Shown here piece after piece: positions 41,078 through 51,398 of a stretch of 64,000 bases of DNA (its first letter is position 1; every line of letters starts with the position of its first letter). The position numbers were made by a program, and so were the translations under genes. Source of the DNA: an uncultured Muribaculaceae bacterium (GTDB lineage: Bacteria > Bacteroidota > Bacteroidia > Bacteroidales > Muribaculaceae); the NCBI GenBank assembly GCA_910586995.1, contig CAJUKZ010000011.1:1819-65818 (forward strand), read 5' to 3'. The notes beneath the pieces were generated by a model that worked only from the letters and a program-made list of their open reading frames with translations, did not search any database and was not told where the DNA came from.

Positions 41078-41614
41078 CTACTTGAGGTTGTCGGGATTGT
41101 CGGGATCTGTATACCAACGCGAGTACATCAGGTAGTTGTGCGCGATCTTACGGTTCATTTCGCGGCTTTGTTCGGGATCTACCATCTTGATAAATTTTGC
41201 CGGAGCTCCGCCCCACAGCTCTCCCGCGCCTATCTTTGTGCGCGAAAGCACTACTGATCCGGCGGCCACGATTGCCCCTTCGCCGACTTCGGCATCGTCC
41301 ATTACTACTGCTCCCATGCCTACGAGCGCATAGTTGCGGATTTTTGCACCGTGGATAGTGACGTTGTGGCCTATAGACACATCGTCGCCGATCTCGATCG
41401 TCGATTTCTGGTACAGGGTGTGAAGCACTGATCCATCCTGAATGTTGACACGGTTGCCGATAGCAATGGAATTGACGTCGCCGCGTATGACTGTATTAAA
41501 CCATACGCTGCATTCGTCGCCCATGACCACATCGCCTATTATAGTTGCGTTCTCTGCTATGAAACAGTTGCGGCCTATCACCGGAGTGAAGCCTCTTACG
41601 GGTATGACGAGCAT
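41078..41614 (-). CDS. Gamma carbonic anhydrase family protein (YrdA-like)
   Basis: IRGDVN, NIQDGSVLH, IGHNVTIHG hexapeptide repeats. Confidence 0.9.
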   Translation of the reverse strand: MLVIPVRGFTPVIGRNCFIAENATIIGDVVMGDECSVWFNTVIRGDVNSIAIGNRVNIQDGSVLHTLYQKSTIEIGDDVSIGHNVTIHGAKIRNYALVGMGAVVMDDAEVGEGAIVAAGSVVLSRTKIGAGELWGGAPAKFIKMVDPEQSREMNRKIAHNYLMYSRWYTDPDNPDNLK

Positions 41615-41620
41615 ATTATA

Positions 41621-43423
41621 TCAGTTGTTGTCGGTTGTAAGCGGTTCTGTTTTCTCTATGAGCCATGAGCGCATTTCATCTGAAGGCATCAGTGGCATCA
41701 GTCTTTCGCGTACGCATGCATGGTAATTGTTCACCCATTCGATTTCGTCGGGGCGCATTATCGATGTGTCGAACAGCGAGCGGTCGAACGGACAGAGAGT
41801 CAGAGTCTCGAATTTGTAGAACTCTCCGAATTCGGTGGTCATATCCTTTACGGTGAGCACAAGATTCTCGCAGCGTATACCGTAACGGCCGCTAAGATAC
41901 AGTCCCGGCTCGTTGGATGTGATCATGCCGGGCGTAAGAGGTGCGAGGGTGTCGTTGAGGCGTATGCTTTGCGGACCTTCATGCACGTTGAGGAAGTGAC
42001 CTACACCGTGGCCTGTGCCGTGCAGATAGCTTTTGCCTTCGCGCCAGAGTGGCATTCTTGCCATAGCGTCGAGTTGTGCGCCGCGTGTGCCTTCGGGGAA
42101 TACTGCTGTCGCAATGGCTATATGGCCTTTCATCACCAATGTGAAGTCGTGGCGCTGTTCGTCTGTAGGCTGGCCTATGGATATGGTGCGTGTTATGTCG
42201 GTAGTGCCGTCGAGATACTGCGCGCCGGAGTCTATAAGCAGCAGGTTGCCTTTAGTGATCTCTGCGTCAGATTCAGGTGTGGCCTCGTAGTGTACGATAG
42301 CGCCGTGAGGACCGAATCCGGCTATTGTCTCGAACGATTGGTCGAAGTATAGGTCGTTCCGGCTACGGTATTTGGTGAGTATGTCCGCTACGCTCATTTC
42401 TGTAAGTCTTGAGCCGGATTCCACAGTGTCTTCTATCTCTTTCAATGCCTGACACATGGCCGCGCCGTCGCGTAGCATGGCTTGGCGGACACCCTGTATC
42501 TGCACAGGGTTTTTCACGGCCTTGAGCATTGCTGCTGCAGACTTGCCGCGTACGGCTCTGTTGCCTAATGCGCGGTCGATCTCTGATGCAGTCTGGGATG
42601 TGCTTATCAGTACGCGTGCGTCCGATGGCAGTCGTTCGATATAGTCGCGCACACCGTCGTAGGGCATTACTGATATATTGTTGTCGGCAAGGTAAGATTT
42701 TACGTTGTCGTCGATCTTGGCTGCGTCGATGAACAGGACTCCACCTTCGGGCGAAAGATACAGGAACGATGTAGCCACAGGGTTGCATGCTACGTCGCGT
42801 GCGCGGATGTTGAGAATCCATGCGATCTCGTCGAGTGCGGAGATGAATACACTTGTCGCGCCCTGGGATGCGGCGTTGTCGAGCACGTTGGCAACCTTTT
42901 CCCGGGCTTCCTGTCCGGCATATTTTGTGTCATGGACAAAGACTTTGCTGTCGGGTAATGAGGGACGGTCGTTCCATACTCCCTTGAGTGGATCGAAAGT
43001 GAGATCGAGACGCAGTCCGGCCTCCTCAAGCTCGCGGCGCAGTTCATATGTGGCGTCTACCGACATGAGCATGCCGTCCATGCCTACAGTATCTCCTTTG
43101 TCGAGATGATGAATCAGGTATTGTGCGATCGATGGAGTCTGTATGAGTCCATCCTTCATCAGTTCAATACCTGTGCCCTCGAGTTGCTGTGCAGCCTGGA
43201 GGAAGTAGCGCGAGTCGGTCCACAGCAATGCGGTGTCATGGGTGATGACGAGTGTGCCTGCAGATCCGGTGAATCCGCTCAGGAACCGGCGTGCCTGCCA
43301 ATGGTCGGCTATATATTCACTCAGGTGATAGTCGGTATGGGGTATGATCACGGCAGCGACTGAAGCCTCTGTCATGGCCGCGCGTACTTGCACGATACGC
43401 GCTGTAATATCAGATTTGCTCAT
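41621..43423 (-). CDS. Aminopeptidase P (M24B)
   Basis: SGFTGSAG, WTDSRY, DSGAQYLDGTTDITRT, HGTGHGVG, HEGP, NEPG, GIRCEN. Confidence 0.93.
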   Translation of the reverse strand: MSKSDITARIVQVRAAMTEASVAAVIIPHTDYHLSEYIADHWQARRFLSGFTGSAGTLVITHDTALLWTDSRYFLQAAQQLEGTGIELMKDGLIQTPSIAQYLIHHLDKGDTVGMDGMLMSVDATYELRRELEEAGLRLDLTFDPLKGVWNDRPSLPDSKVFVHDTKYAGQEAREKVANVLDNAASQGATSVFISALDEIAWILNIRARDVACNPVATSFLYLSPEGGVLFIDAAKIDDNVKSYLADNNISVMPYDGVRDYIERLPSDARVLISTSQTASEIDRALGNRAVRGKSAAAMLKAVKNPVQIQGVRQAMLRDGAAMCQALKEIEDTVESGSRLTEMSVADILTKYRSRNDLYFDQSFETIAGFGPHGAIVHYEATPESDAEITKGNLLLIDSGAQYLDGTTDITRTISIGQPTDEQRHDFTLVMKGHIAIATAVFPEGTRGAQLDAMARMPLWREGKSYLHGTGHGVGHFLNVHEGPQSIRLNDTLAPLTPGMITSNEPGLYLSGRYGIRCENLVLTVKDMTTEFGEFYKFETLTLCPFDRSLFDTSIMRPDEIEWVNNYHACVRERLMPLMPSDEMRSWLIEKTEPLTTDNN

Positions 43424-43553
43424 ATATATGGAATTTATATGTTTTCTGCAAAAATAATGAATCGCTCTCACTCCGCAAGATGTAAAAGTTTAAAAATCGT
43501 GAATGGCTGCACTTTGATACTTACTTCCGTTCTATTAAAAGAAATACCGCGAC

Positions 43554-43606
43554 AAGAACAAAAGCCGATATTGCGGTGCGTGCGACAACATCCGCAATAT
43601 CGGCTT
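43554..43606 (-). terminator. Intrinsic terminator closing cassette 2
   Basis: Perfect 15-bp stem AAGCCGATATTGCGG / CCGCAATATCGGCTT; T-rich tail on the minus strand. Confidence 0.8.
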
Positions 43607-43629
43607 GGTTTCTGTGGTTTGTATCTGTT

Positions 43630-44766
43630 TTATTTATCCGATTCCACTATAGTACTGAAAGGTCGGAGGGGCATACACTGGGCAAAATTTTCTTTCGTCC
43701 CATTCGGGACGTATACTGTCGCATCGTGGTTCGACTTGCTGAAAGGCATGTCATCGAACCATTCATCCAGCATATCCGCCTCGATTTTATCATAAATTTC
43801 ACTTTCAAAGAAGCCGATGACCGAAGCATCTGTGAAATTTATGTGAAGGCATTTGAGGTTGGTAAGGTTCTGCATGCTGCGGACTCCGATTTTTTTAATG
43901 GATTTAGGCAGAGTCAGCGATTCCACATTCAGATTGCAAAGTGCATCGGGGGCAATTTCCTCCACACCTTCTGCCATGCGAAATTCTTTGATTTTTGCAT
44001 TCGTAAATGCGTTGTCTACGATTCTGCGGGCATAGTTTATGATCAGTGTGCCATCTCCGGCTTTTGAGAATACCGTGCTGCAAGGGTTTGAGTCATCCAG
44101 GACTGCATCTTTCCCGATGGTTATCTCACCGCCAAGCAATGGCGTACTGGCGAGACATCCGTCTTCGAGAATGATGCGTTCGGGTAGTTCTATTTCGGTT
44201 ATCATAGACTGGTACAGTGAGCATTTGCCGAGTTTTTCTATATTTTCAGGCAATACAAGTGTCAGCAGAGGCACTTTGGCTGCATAATATTCGCTTCCAA
44301 AAAACGCTCCTACCGGCAAAGTGTTGTCCGGTAGCGAAGCTTTGGCAAGATTTACTTTACGTAGTTTGCCTGAGCATACGCATAATCTGATATACCGTAT
44401 GTCATTTTTGCTGAGCGGACCGCTCACGGTCAGCGAATCCATCTCCAAGGCATGCCGTCCGATTTCGTTTTTAAGCATGTCCTGAGCCGACACACGCACT
44501 TCCACAGGATATTTCGCAGGCCTGGCTGCTTCTTCTCTGAGAGCATCCAGAACATCATTACTGTAATCTACATATTCTCCGTTTAGAATCACATCAAGAC
44601 CGGCTATATGTGTGTCCGGCACAGCGAAATGTCCTTCTGCTTGCTTTATGATATCCTCATCCCAGGACTCATCCCATGACTTGTCCCACGACGGTTCATC
44701 GGAACTACACGCAGTCGACATTGCCGCCGCAACGCCAAGTAATAGTGTCATAAAGATTGGTTTCAT
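43630..44766 (-). CDS. BspA-type leucine-rich-repeat lipoprotein (cassette 2)
   Basis: Signal ending AAAMSTA-C then SSDEP; LPENIEKLG, EGVEEI, LPKSIKKIG repeats; TVYVPNGT end; N-terminal region aligns with the cassette 1 LRR. Confidence 0.8.
   Translation of the reverse strand: MKPIFMTLLLGVAAAMSTACSSDEPSWDKSWDESWDEDIIKQAEGHFAVPDTHIAGLDVILNGEYVDYSNDVLDALREEAARPAKYPVEVRVSAQDMLKNEIGRHALEMDSLTVSGPLSKNDIRYIRLCVCSGKLRKVNLAKASLPDNTLPVGAFFGSEYYAAKVPLLTLVLPENIEKLGKCSLYQSMITEIELPERIILEDGCLASTPLLGGEITIGKDAVLDDSNPCSTVFSKAGDGTLIINYARRIVDNAFTNAKIKEFRMAEGVEEIAPDALCNLNVESLTLPKSIKKIGVRSMQNLTNLKCLHINFTDASVIGFFESEIYDKIEADMLDEWFDDMPFSKSNHDATVYVPNGTKENFAQCMPLRPFSTIVESDK
44656..44691. repeat. Imperfect 12-bp tandem repeat x3 encoding SWDK-SWDE-SWDE
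   Basis: CTCATCCCAGGA CTCATCCCATGA CTTGTCCCACGA on the plus strand. Confidence 0.8.
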
Positions 44767-44825
44767 GATAATATGGTTTAAATGGTTATTTTTCATAAAA
44801 TTTGATCGTTATTGATTTGTACAAA

Positions 44826-47537
44826 TTATCGTTTTGTGAATTTATGAGTATTTAAAATAGTCTCTCCGAGGCGGCAGTTTAAAACATAAATACCTTTTGG
44901 ATAAGGTGTCATATCTATCTGTATATTTTTTTGTACAGCAGGCATTTCTGCGCGATATACCTCTGTCCCATCTACCAGTGATGTGACTGTGATTATGTAA
45001 CCGCTTATATCTTCATCTTGCATAGTGATGTCGATATAGTCTGATACATTTCCTTCGGGTGATATTTTGTGTATTCCAAGAGCGGAATACACAGCTATAT
45101 CTTCCCGCATAAGTTCACCATCCTGATTTGTGGTAACAGCCGAATATTTTTGTGATCTCATTTCCGGTGTAATATGTAGAACTCGACCCGTACCGGCAAC
45201 GTTATTGTCAGAAGTAAACCATTTTACAGAAGACGCATCCTCATCTACTACACTCAATTCCATAATTCCATTTTGCAATACAAGTGAATCTGTTGTTAAT
45301 CCCGTGAGTGCCATTTTGGGAGAATTGACCACAAATGTTTCTCCTCCTACAATTTTCCCTTTACTGTCGCGTTGAATCAGATCAATTGTATATGTCTTGT
45401 AAGAGAATGGAGCTTTGAAAAAATCAGTATGTAAAGTCACACGCCCCATGCTATGTGGTGCAAGCACAATGTTATCGATTGAACTATTTAGTTCGAGGAA
45501 ATGAACAGTGTAGGGACTGATATCATTGTAGTGCACCACATTTCCTTTTCCTCCACCTCGGTTATACCAAGAGTAATGAATTGTTTTGGACATATCGACT
45601 ACAATATTTGCAAATTTAAATATATCTCTATCTTGGGGTGTTCTGAATCCCAGTTCAAGGGAAAAGCTTTCTTCCAGGTCAGAACCATTATTTACAAACA
45701 CAGTCGCTGCCATCTGGCTGTCGTTTTTATCTATAATAGAAATATTGGACATGGCTGATGTGCGATCATTAAGCGGGTCAAATAATACATTCTCTTTATC
45801 TTGACCATCATCAACAATTTTGGTAAAGAAGCAGAAATTATGATTATTGGGGCGATATACATCATCGTATATATCTTCAGGATAATTTATTCCAAGATAT
45901 AAAATTATAGAATCTCCGGGTTCTATTTTGGGGATAAATTCTTTACGAATATATTTTCCCAACTCAAATTCTCTGTCATATCCGAAGAATTTATTTTTCC
46001 CCAGCCATGTATTAGGTTCAATATTGGTTGATGCTTGAGCTAAATATGTAAAAATAGATTTTCCAGTTATATAAGCATCCTCTCCATTATTTCTAACTTT
46101 TACTTTTAGATAACCATATTTACGACCATCAAAGACTGGATTTTGATGCACAAATTCTTTTGAATCATCATTATTTTGAACGCGCCTAAATACTATATCA
46201 GGATTATTCCAAAATACCGTTTTTGTTTCAGTACCATCATAAAATCTATTGTCAGTTACAACATCGGAAAATTCCAGTTTGTAGTTTTCTGTGATAGTAA
46301 TATTTGTATTGTTAAAGGCCAAAGATTCCCCTAACTTTTTAGGATTAGGGAGGAATTGGGGCGTTTGAATATCGCCATTCTCCCTATTAAGAATGTTTAT
46401 ATTACGTCGTGCATAATCAAAAGCTTCTTCCATTGATATTATGCCGTCTTTATTTAAATCTGAATTGACTTCTTTGTTTTTGCCATCATAACCGTTTACC
46501 GCGCATATCCAGTAGTATAAGAATGTTGCATAATCAATTGAGGATGGCCAGTATAAATGGGCTGTTTCATGTTGAGCGCAGGATGTGGCAACTACACATT
46601 TTTTTGTCCTTGAGAATGCCGAGCAAATGCCGCCTGAATGACATGATCCAGCAACAATATTTATGGTAATTCCTTTATCTGAAAAGGGATTAAGTAGTTT
46701 TTTTAATTCACTATGTGAGATGGAACTATTGTGCAGTCCAATCTCACTGTATCCGCCATGATTTGTTATAAATATAAACAGCTGATCATCGGAAGTTATT
46801 TTTGATTCTATAGAAGAAAGTACCGATATTAAATTATCCTTAGTTGCTGCTAATTCTATTTCCGGTTGTCCATCAAAATCAAGGTCTAAAGGAGTTGATA
46901 TTAGATCCCCTTTCTTTAGCATATCAGGTGCAGGGTCATTTCCATCGGAGATCAGAGGATAGATATTATTTTTAGGGACATTGTATCTTTTTGTCAATGT
47001 CTGATACATGAAAGAGCATTCATTCCAAAAATCAGAATAGTTAATGACCGTTCCGCTACGGTTATCGCAGCCACTTATCAATATGGCATAGGTGTTGCCG
47101 GATGCTCCGAAAACTTGTGGAGTATAGTTTAAATTTACATTTGGTTGAACTATTATAGGAGAGGCTGTTCCTCTGATATAGCGTTCTTTAACAGAATAGG
47201 GAACCAAGTCATAATCGGCAGGTGGCAAGTCCATTTTATGACTATCGAGCACACGTGTATCAGATTCTGATAATCTATAGTTAACATGCTTTGGCACGTT
47301 TATCAGATAGCAGTCGTGACTCCATTGTGCATTAGGGTCTGCATCCACAAAAAATGTCCAGACAGAATCAATTGGATTAACATTGTGAGTAGCATAGTAA
47401 TAATCTACGTCCTGAGATTTAAATTGATTGGTAATCAGTTTAAAAGCTTCTTGCTGTGTAATTTCATAAATAGTGGCATTTCCATTGATAGAAATAACCA
47501 AACTCAATAATAGAGTTAAAAAAGTGCCGTGCTTCAT
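44826..47537 (-). CDS. Secreted clan CD (C13/caspase-like) cysteine peptidase with T9SS-type C-terminal domain (cassette 2)
   Basis: Signal peptide; YAILISG; FITNHGG (His260) and VAGSCHSG (Cys299); DLNKDGIISMEEAF; FWNNPDI; C-terminal PKGIYVL...KFTKR; AT-rich. Confidence 0.78.
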   Translation of the reverse strand: MKHGTFLTLLLSLVISINGNATIYEITQQEAFKLITNQFKSQDVDYYYATHNVNPIDSVWTFFVDADPNAQWSHDCYLINVPKHVNYRLSESDTRVLDSHKMDLPPADYDLVPYSVKERYIRGTASPIIVQPNVNLNYTPQVFGASGNTYAILISGCDNRSGTVINYSDFWNECSFMYQTLTKRYNVPKNNIYPLISDGNDPAPDMLKKGDLISTPLDLDFDGQPEIELAATKDNLISVLSSIESKITSDDQLFIFITNHGGYSEIGLHNSSISHSELKKLLNPFSDKGITINIVAGSCHSGGICSAFSRTKKCVVATSCAQHETAHLYWPSSIDYATFLYYWICAVNGYDGKNKEVNSDLNKDGIISMEEAFDYARRNINILNRENGDIQTPQFLPNPKKLGESLAFNNTNITITENYKLEFSDVVTDNRFYDGTETKTVFWNNPDIVFRRVQNNDDSKEFVHQNPVFDGRKYGYLKVKVRNNGEDAYITGKSIFTYLAQASTNIEPNTWLGKNKFFGYDREFELGKYIRKEFIPKIEPGDSIILYLGINYPEDIYDDVYRPNNHNFCFFTKIVDDGQDKENVLFDPLNDRTSAMSNISIIDKNDSQMAATVFVNNGSDLEESFSLELGFRTPQDRDIFKFANIVVDMSKTIHYSWYNRGGGKGNVVHYNDISPYTVHFLELNSSIDNIVLAPHSMGRVTLHTDFFKAPFSYKTYTIDLIQRDSKGKIVGGETFVVNSPKMALTGLTTDSLVLQNGIMELSVVDEDASSVKWFTSDNNVAGTGRVLHITPEMRSQKYSAVTTNQDGELMREDIAVYSALGIHKISPEGNVSDYIDITMQDEDISGYIITVTSLVDGTEVYRAEMPAVQKNIQIDMTPYPKGIYVLNCRLGETILNTHKFTKR

Positions 47538-47697
47538 AAATAATGGTATTAAATTGTGTGTAAAATTGGATATCTGCAATAGTTGTTTGGCAAATATATA
47601 AAAAAAGATTTAATTATTAAGAAAAGCGGCAAGAAATATGGAATATAATATATATGTCTACTCAAATATTTAGATTAGTGTAGCGTACAATGGCGTC

Positions 47698-47755
47698 ATA
47701 AAAATAAGATCCGGGTCAAAACAGGCGTAAACTATTTTGTCCCGGCTCTTATTTT
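47698..47755. terminator. Terminator downstream of the DEAD-box helicase
   Basis: Imperfect inverted repeat AAAATAAGATCCGGGTCAAAA / TTTTGTCCCGGCTCTTATTTT. Confidence 0.7.
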
Positions 47756-47776
47756 CAAATGATTACTTCGGTGCGG

Positions 47777-49096
47777 TCACACGCCCACGAAGCTCAATTT
47801 TACTCTTGTGTTCTTGATTTTGGGTGCAGGTGAGAGTGCGAGTATTTTCCCGGTGCATTGTCGGGATACTCCGGCGAGGGCGTAGTGGTCCTTTACTACT
47901 ATGCGTGTCACTTCTTCAGGTTTGAGTCCTACGGCGCGCATGAGATAGCCGGCCACATCGCCGCGCGATATTTTTTCTTTTTTTCCGGCATTGATATAGA
48001 GTGTAGCCACGTCGCTGTGTATAGGATTGCAGCTCAGGCCTGTGGGAATATATTCTTTGTCGAAGTCGATGAAATCAGGAATTTTATCAGCTTCGGAGAC
48101 AATGACAAATACTTGACCAGAAGCGTCGACGCGGGCAGTGCGGCCGTTGCGGTGTGTCCAGCTGTCGGGACTCAACGGCATGTGGTAATGCACTACTGCC
48201 GACACACTATCTATGTCGAGTCCGCGGGCGCCAAGGTCGGTGGATACAAGTATCGGGGTAGTGCCGTTGTTGAGCATGTCGATGGCCATCTCGCGTTTTT
48301 GCTGATCAAGCCCGCCGTGATAGAATCCTGCCGGTAGTCCCTCGCTCTCGAGCCGAGAGAATATGCGTTCGACGCTCTCGCGGTGGTTGACAAATACGAT
48401 TACTTTGCCATCGGGGAGCGAGCGGAGCAGTGTGCAGAGTGTATCGAGTTTGTCTTTTCCGGGACTGGGTACTTTGAATATCTCGAGTCGCGAGCGTGGT
48501 GACTCTGTCTTTTCAGTGAAGTCGTAGACCTTCGCTCCATTCATGTTCACGAAGTCCGGCATCTGGTCAATTGCTGTGGCGGAGGTGAAAATCACAGTCG
48601 ATGGCGACGAGATCCGGCGCACGATCTTGCGCATTTCGTCATGGAAACCTAATTCGAGGGATTTGTCGTATTCATCGAGTACGAGTACAGATACTTGCCG
48701 GATGTCTATCTGCCGGCGTTCGATATGATCGAGCAGGCGACCCGGAGTAGCCACCACGATGTCCGGTGTTACAGATAGGGTGTTAACTTCATCAGTCATG
48801 GAATGGCCGCCGTAGAGTGCTGTGGTCTTGTATCCCGTGGCAATCGGACGAATTACTCCGGCGATCTGCTGGACAAGTTCGCGCGATGGTGCGATCACAA
48901 GAGCCTGGACTTTGTCGCATGGCGGCTTGAGGGCTTTGAGTATGGCTATTGCGAAGGCCACGGTCTTTCCGCTGCCGGTCGGCGACAGCAGTATGAATCT
49001 CCGCCGGTCGCTTTGGGCTATGACTTGCTGCATGGGGTTCAGCGTATTGATTCCAAGTCTGGCGGATATGTTTGCAATGATTTCCTTGTTTGTCAT
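47777..49096 (-). CDS. DEAD-box RNA helicase with DbpA-like RNA-binding domain
   Basis: SPTGSGKT, PSREL, TPGRL, DEYD, SAT, ARGLD, HRNGRTAR; GKKEKISRGD C-terminal domain. Confidence 0.9.
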   Translation of the reverse strand: MTNKEIIANISARLGINTLNPMQQVIAQSDRRRFILLSPTGSGKTVAFAIAILKALKPPCDKVQALVIAPSRELVQQIAGVIRPIATGYKTTALYGGHSMTDEVNTLSVTPDIVVATPGRLLDHIERRQIDIRQVSVLVLDEYDKSLELGFHDEMRKIVRRISSPSTVIFTSATAIDQMPDFVNMNGAKVYDFTEKTESPRSRLEIFKVPSPGKDKLDTLCTLLRSLPDGKVIVFVNHRESVERIFSRLESEGLPAGFYHGGLDQQKREMAIDMLNNGTTPILVSTDLGARGLDIDSVSAVVHYHMPLSPDSWTHRNGRTARVDASGQVFVIVSEADKIPDFIDFDKEYIPTGLSCNPIHSDVATLYINAGKKEKISRGDVAGYLMRAVGLKPEEVTRIVVKDHYALAGVSRQCTGKILALSPAPKIKNTRVKLSFVGV

Positions 49097-49162
49097 AAGT
49101 TTGAGAGGCGTTTATCCAAATTCTAACGATGAAGAAGTGTGTGTTGTTCTGTGGAAAGTACT

Positions 49163-49209
49163 AAAAATGAATCCGGCACGCGGCGGGATATGATGCCGTG
49201 TGCCGGATT
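49163..49209 (-). terminator. Terminator after rubrerythrin
   Basis: AATCCGGCACGCGGC / GCCGTGTGCCGGATT stem; CATTTTT follows on the minus strand. Confidence 0.65.
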
Positions 49210-49227
49210 GTGTGGTCAAGAAGTCGA

Positions 49228-49779
49228 TTACTTCTTGAAGAAGCGGTTGTAGAGACCCTGGAAGCCCTGTCCGTGACGGGCTTCGTCCTTAGCCATTTCG
49301 TGTACGGTGTCGTGGATGGCATCGAGGTTAGCCTTCTTTGCGTTGGCTGCGATGCGCATCTTGTCGGCGTTTGCTCCTGCTTCGGCAGCCATGCGCTTCT
49401 CGAGGTTGGTCTTTGTGTCCCATACCACGTCGCCGAGGAGTTCGGCAAACTTGGCTGCGTGTTCAGCCTCTTCCCAAGCATAGCGCTTGAAGGCTTCGGC
49501 TACTTCGGGATATCCTTCGCGGTCGGCCTGACGGGACATTGCCAGGTACATACCTACCTCTGTGCATTCGCCCATAAAGTGAGCGTTGAGGTCGGCGATC
49601 ATTTCGTCGTCGCAGCCCTTGGCTACGCCGATCTGATGCTCAGTCACAAACTGGAGTGCTGATTCAGGGTTGAGTTCTTCGAATTTAGAGCGGGGAGCGC
49701 CGCAGAGAGGGCACTTTTCCGGTGCTTCGTCACCTTCGTGAACATAGCCACAAACGGTGCAGATGAATTTCTTCTTCAT
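49228..49779 (-). CDS. rbr: Reverse rubrerythrin (NADH peroxidase)
   Basis: N-terminal CTVCG/CPLCG rubredoxin domain; [19 protein letters not shown] diiron motifs. Confidence 0.9.
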   Translation of the reverse strand: MKKKFICTVCGYVHEGDEAPEKCPLCGAPRSKFEELNPESALQFVTEHQIGVAKGCDDEMIADLNAHFMGECTEVGMYLAMSRQADREGYPEVAEAFKRYAWEEAEHAAKFAELLGDVVWDTKTNLEKRMAAEAGANADKMRIAANAKKANLDAIHDTVHEMAKDEARHGQGFQGLYNRFFKK

Positions 49780-49836
49780 TACGATTGGATTAAAAAATAA
49801 AAATATAAAATGTTGAAATGTGAATTTCTTTATTGA

Positions 49837-50889
49837 TTATGCATTGGAGGGAGTTTCTGGACCGAATTCAGTATTTGGGTCCGGTCCTACACCCGGTGCA
49901 ATACCCGGCAGGATGCCGTCAGGCAGGTCTTCGCCTGAGTTTTCAGTAGGGGGAGGGGGCAACAGGTCGTCTCCGTTTGCATCGCCGTCCAATATTATGT
50001 CTTTCTTCCTATTGATGGGAATTGTGTACATTATTGAGAATGCAGCGCCTATCTTGGAGCGCCGTGTGCCGAATCCGGGGATATACCACGGTTGGCCATA
50101 GTATCCGCCGCTCTCGCTCATAAGCCTGTGATAGCGGACGGCCCATCCGGCCGACAGGTTGCCGAACAGCTTGACTTTGCAACCGAACACTACCTCATAA
50201 TAGCACGCTGTCGTACTTTGGCGAGGTATGTCGAAACCGCCGTCCTCACCCCAGTATCCGTTGTCGAAACTGACATCGGTGATCTTGTAGCTGAATGAGG
50301 TCAGTCCGAAGCGCAATCCGCCGTAGAATTGGTAATCGGGATTGGAATTATATAGGAAATTATAGTTGGCTCCTATCCTGAAATATGGTGCTACTCCTGA
50401 GGAATAAGTGAAATTGCCGTCGTCAGGAGTGGCTTTGGCCTGTCCGAGACCGACTTCAATGACCGGTTGGTAGCGGTTGTGAAGGTTGAGCATCACCCAT
50501 GCTTCGCCGAGTCCGTATTTCTGGCCGGTGAGACGCATTACCGGATCAAATATATTGACGCCTACCGTAAGCGATTCAAACAGCGGATAGATATTGCCGA
50601 TAGCCTTAGCCTTGGCTTTTATTGTCGTGGAGTCGCGCCATTCTTCACCTGTCACGGTGTCGACATATACGAGGTTGCCATTATCGTCGTGATAATGCAC
50701 CATTGTGGCGCGTTTGCGCGCATTGATACGTGCGGTGTCTCCCTCGAATTCGTTTTTTGCCTGCGTTGTTGTAGCCGGATTGTCAACCGGGGTGATGCGG
50801 CGCTGCGCTGCTGCGTCCGGCGCTGCATATAGGGCAGCCAGGAGAATGACTGTAGCGTGGATCATGATCGTACGCAGTGCCTGTCTCAT
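49837..50889 (-). CDS. DUF6048-like outer-membrane beta-barrel protein
   Basis: Signal peptide; PYFRIGANYNF, PWYIPGFG; Pro/Gly-rich tail. Confidence 0.6.
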   Translation of the reverse strand: MRQALRTIMIHATVILLAALYAAPDAAAQRRITPVDNPATTTQAKNEFEGDTARINARKRATMVHYHDDNGNLVYVDTVTGEEWRDSTTIKAKAKAIGNIYPLFESLTVGVNIFDPVMRLTGQKYGLGEAWVMLNLHNRYQPVIEVGLGQAKATPDDGNFTYSSGVAPYFRIGANYNFLYNSNPDYQFYGGLRFGLTSFSYKITDVSFDNGYWGEDGGFDIPRQSTTACYYEVVFGCKVKLFGNLSAGWAVRYHRLMSESGGYYGQPWYIPGFGTRRSKIGAAFSIMYTIPINRKKDIILDGDANGDDLLPPPPTENSGEDLPDGILPGIAPGVGPDPNTEFGPETPSNA

Positions 50890-51398
50890 AGCGCTGCGCC
50901 CTCCTCTGCGGATGTGCGGAAGAATATATGGATGTATTGCCTGTTGGCGTTTGTGATTAGGGAGTCTACAATACCTATGGAGTCAATTATGTGCTTCGTA
51001 TAGTTAAGTTTCCCTACTTTATAGATATACATTGCACCGCACTCCTCGGATGCGAAATATGGCCTGGCTTCATAATCGAAGGTCAGAGTATCATTGAAGC
51101 GAGGGTCTGAGATGGCTTTCTGTGTATAATGTATGAAGAACTTTGTGGAGGTGTGTCCTGTGCGCATAGGCAGGAACACTTCATCAGCCCTGGTATTGTC
51201 GAGCAGAAGCGAATCGTCGGGGGCATCCACGCCGCCTATCTGAAGCGAGTCGACCGAAATGGAACGGCGTGTGCTCATGTCATAAAATCCGGCCAGTGGG
51301 AGCGCACTTTTGTTTTCCAGACAAGCCGAATTGCTGCATCCGCTTACTATGGCGAGTGCAGTGACAATGACGGTCAGTATGCTGATTATTTTCCCCAT
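50886..51398 (-). CDS. DUF6452-like lipoprotein
   Basis: Lipobox VSG-C; DTLTFDYEARPYFASEECG. Confidence 0.6.
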   Translation of the reverse strand: MGKIISILTVIVTALAIVSGCSNSACLENKSALPLAGFYDMSTRRSISVDSLQIGGVDAPDDSLLLDNTRADEVFLPMRTGHTSTKFFIHYTQKAISDPRFNDTLTFDYEARPYFASEECGAMYIYKVGKLNYTKHIIDSIGIVDSLITNANRQYIHIFFRTSAEEGAAL

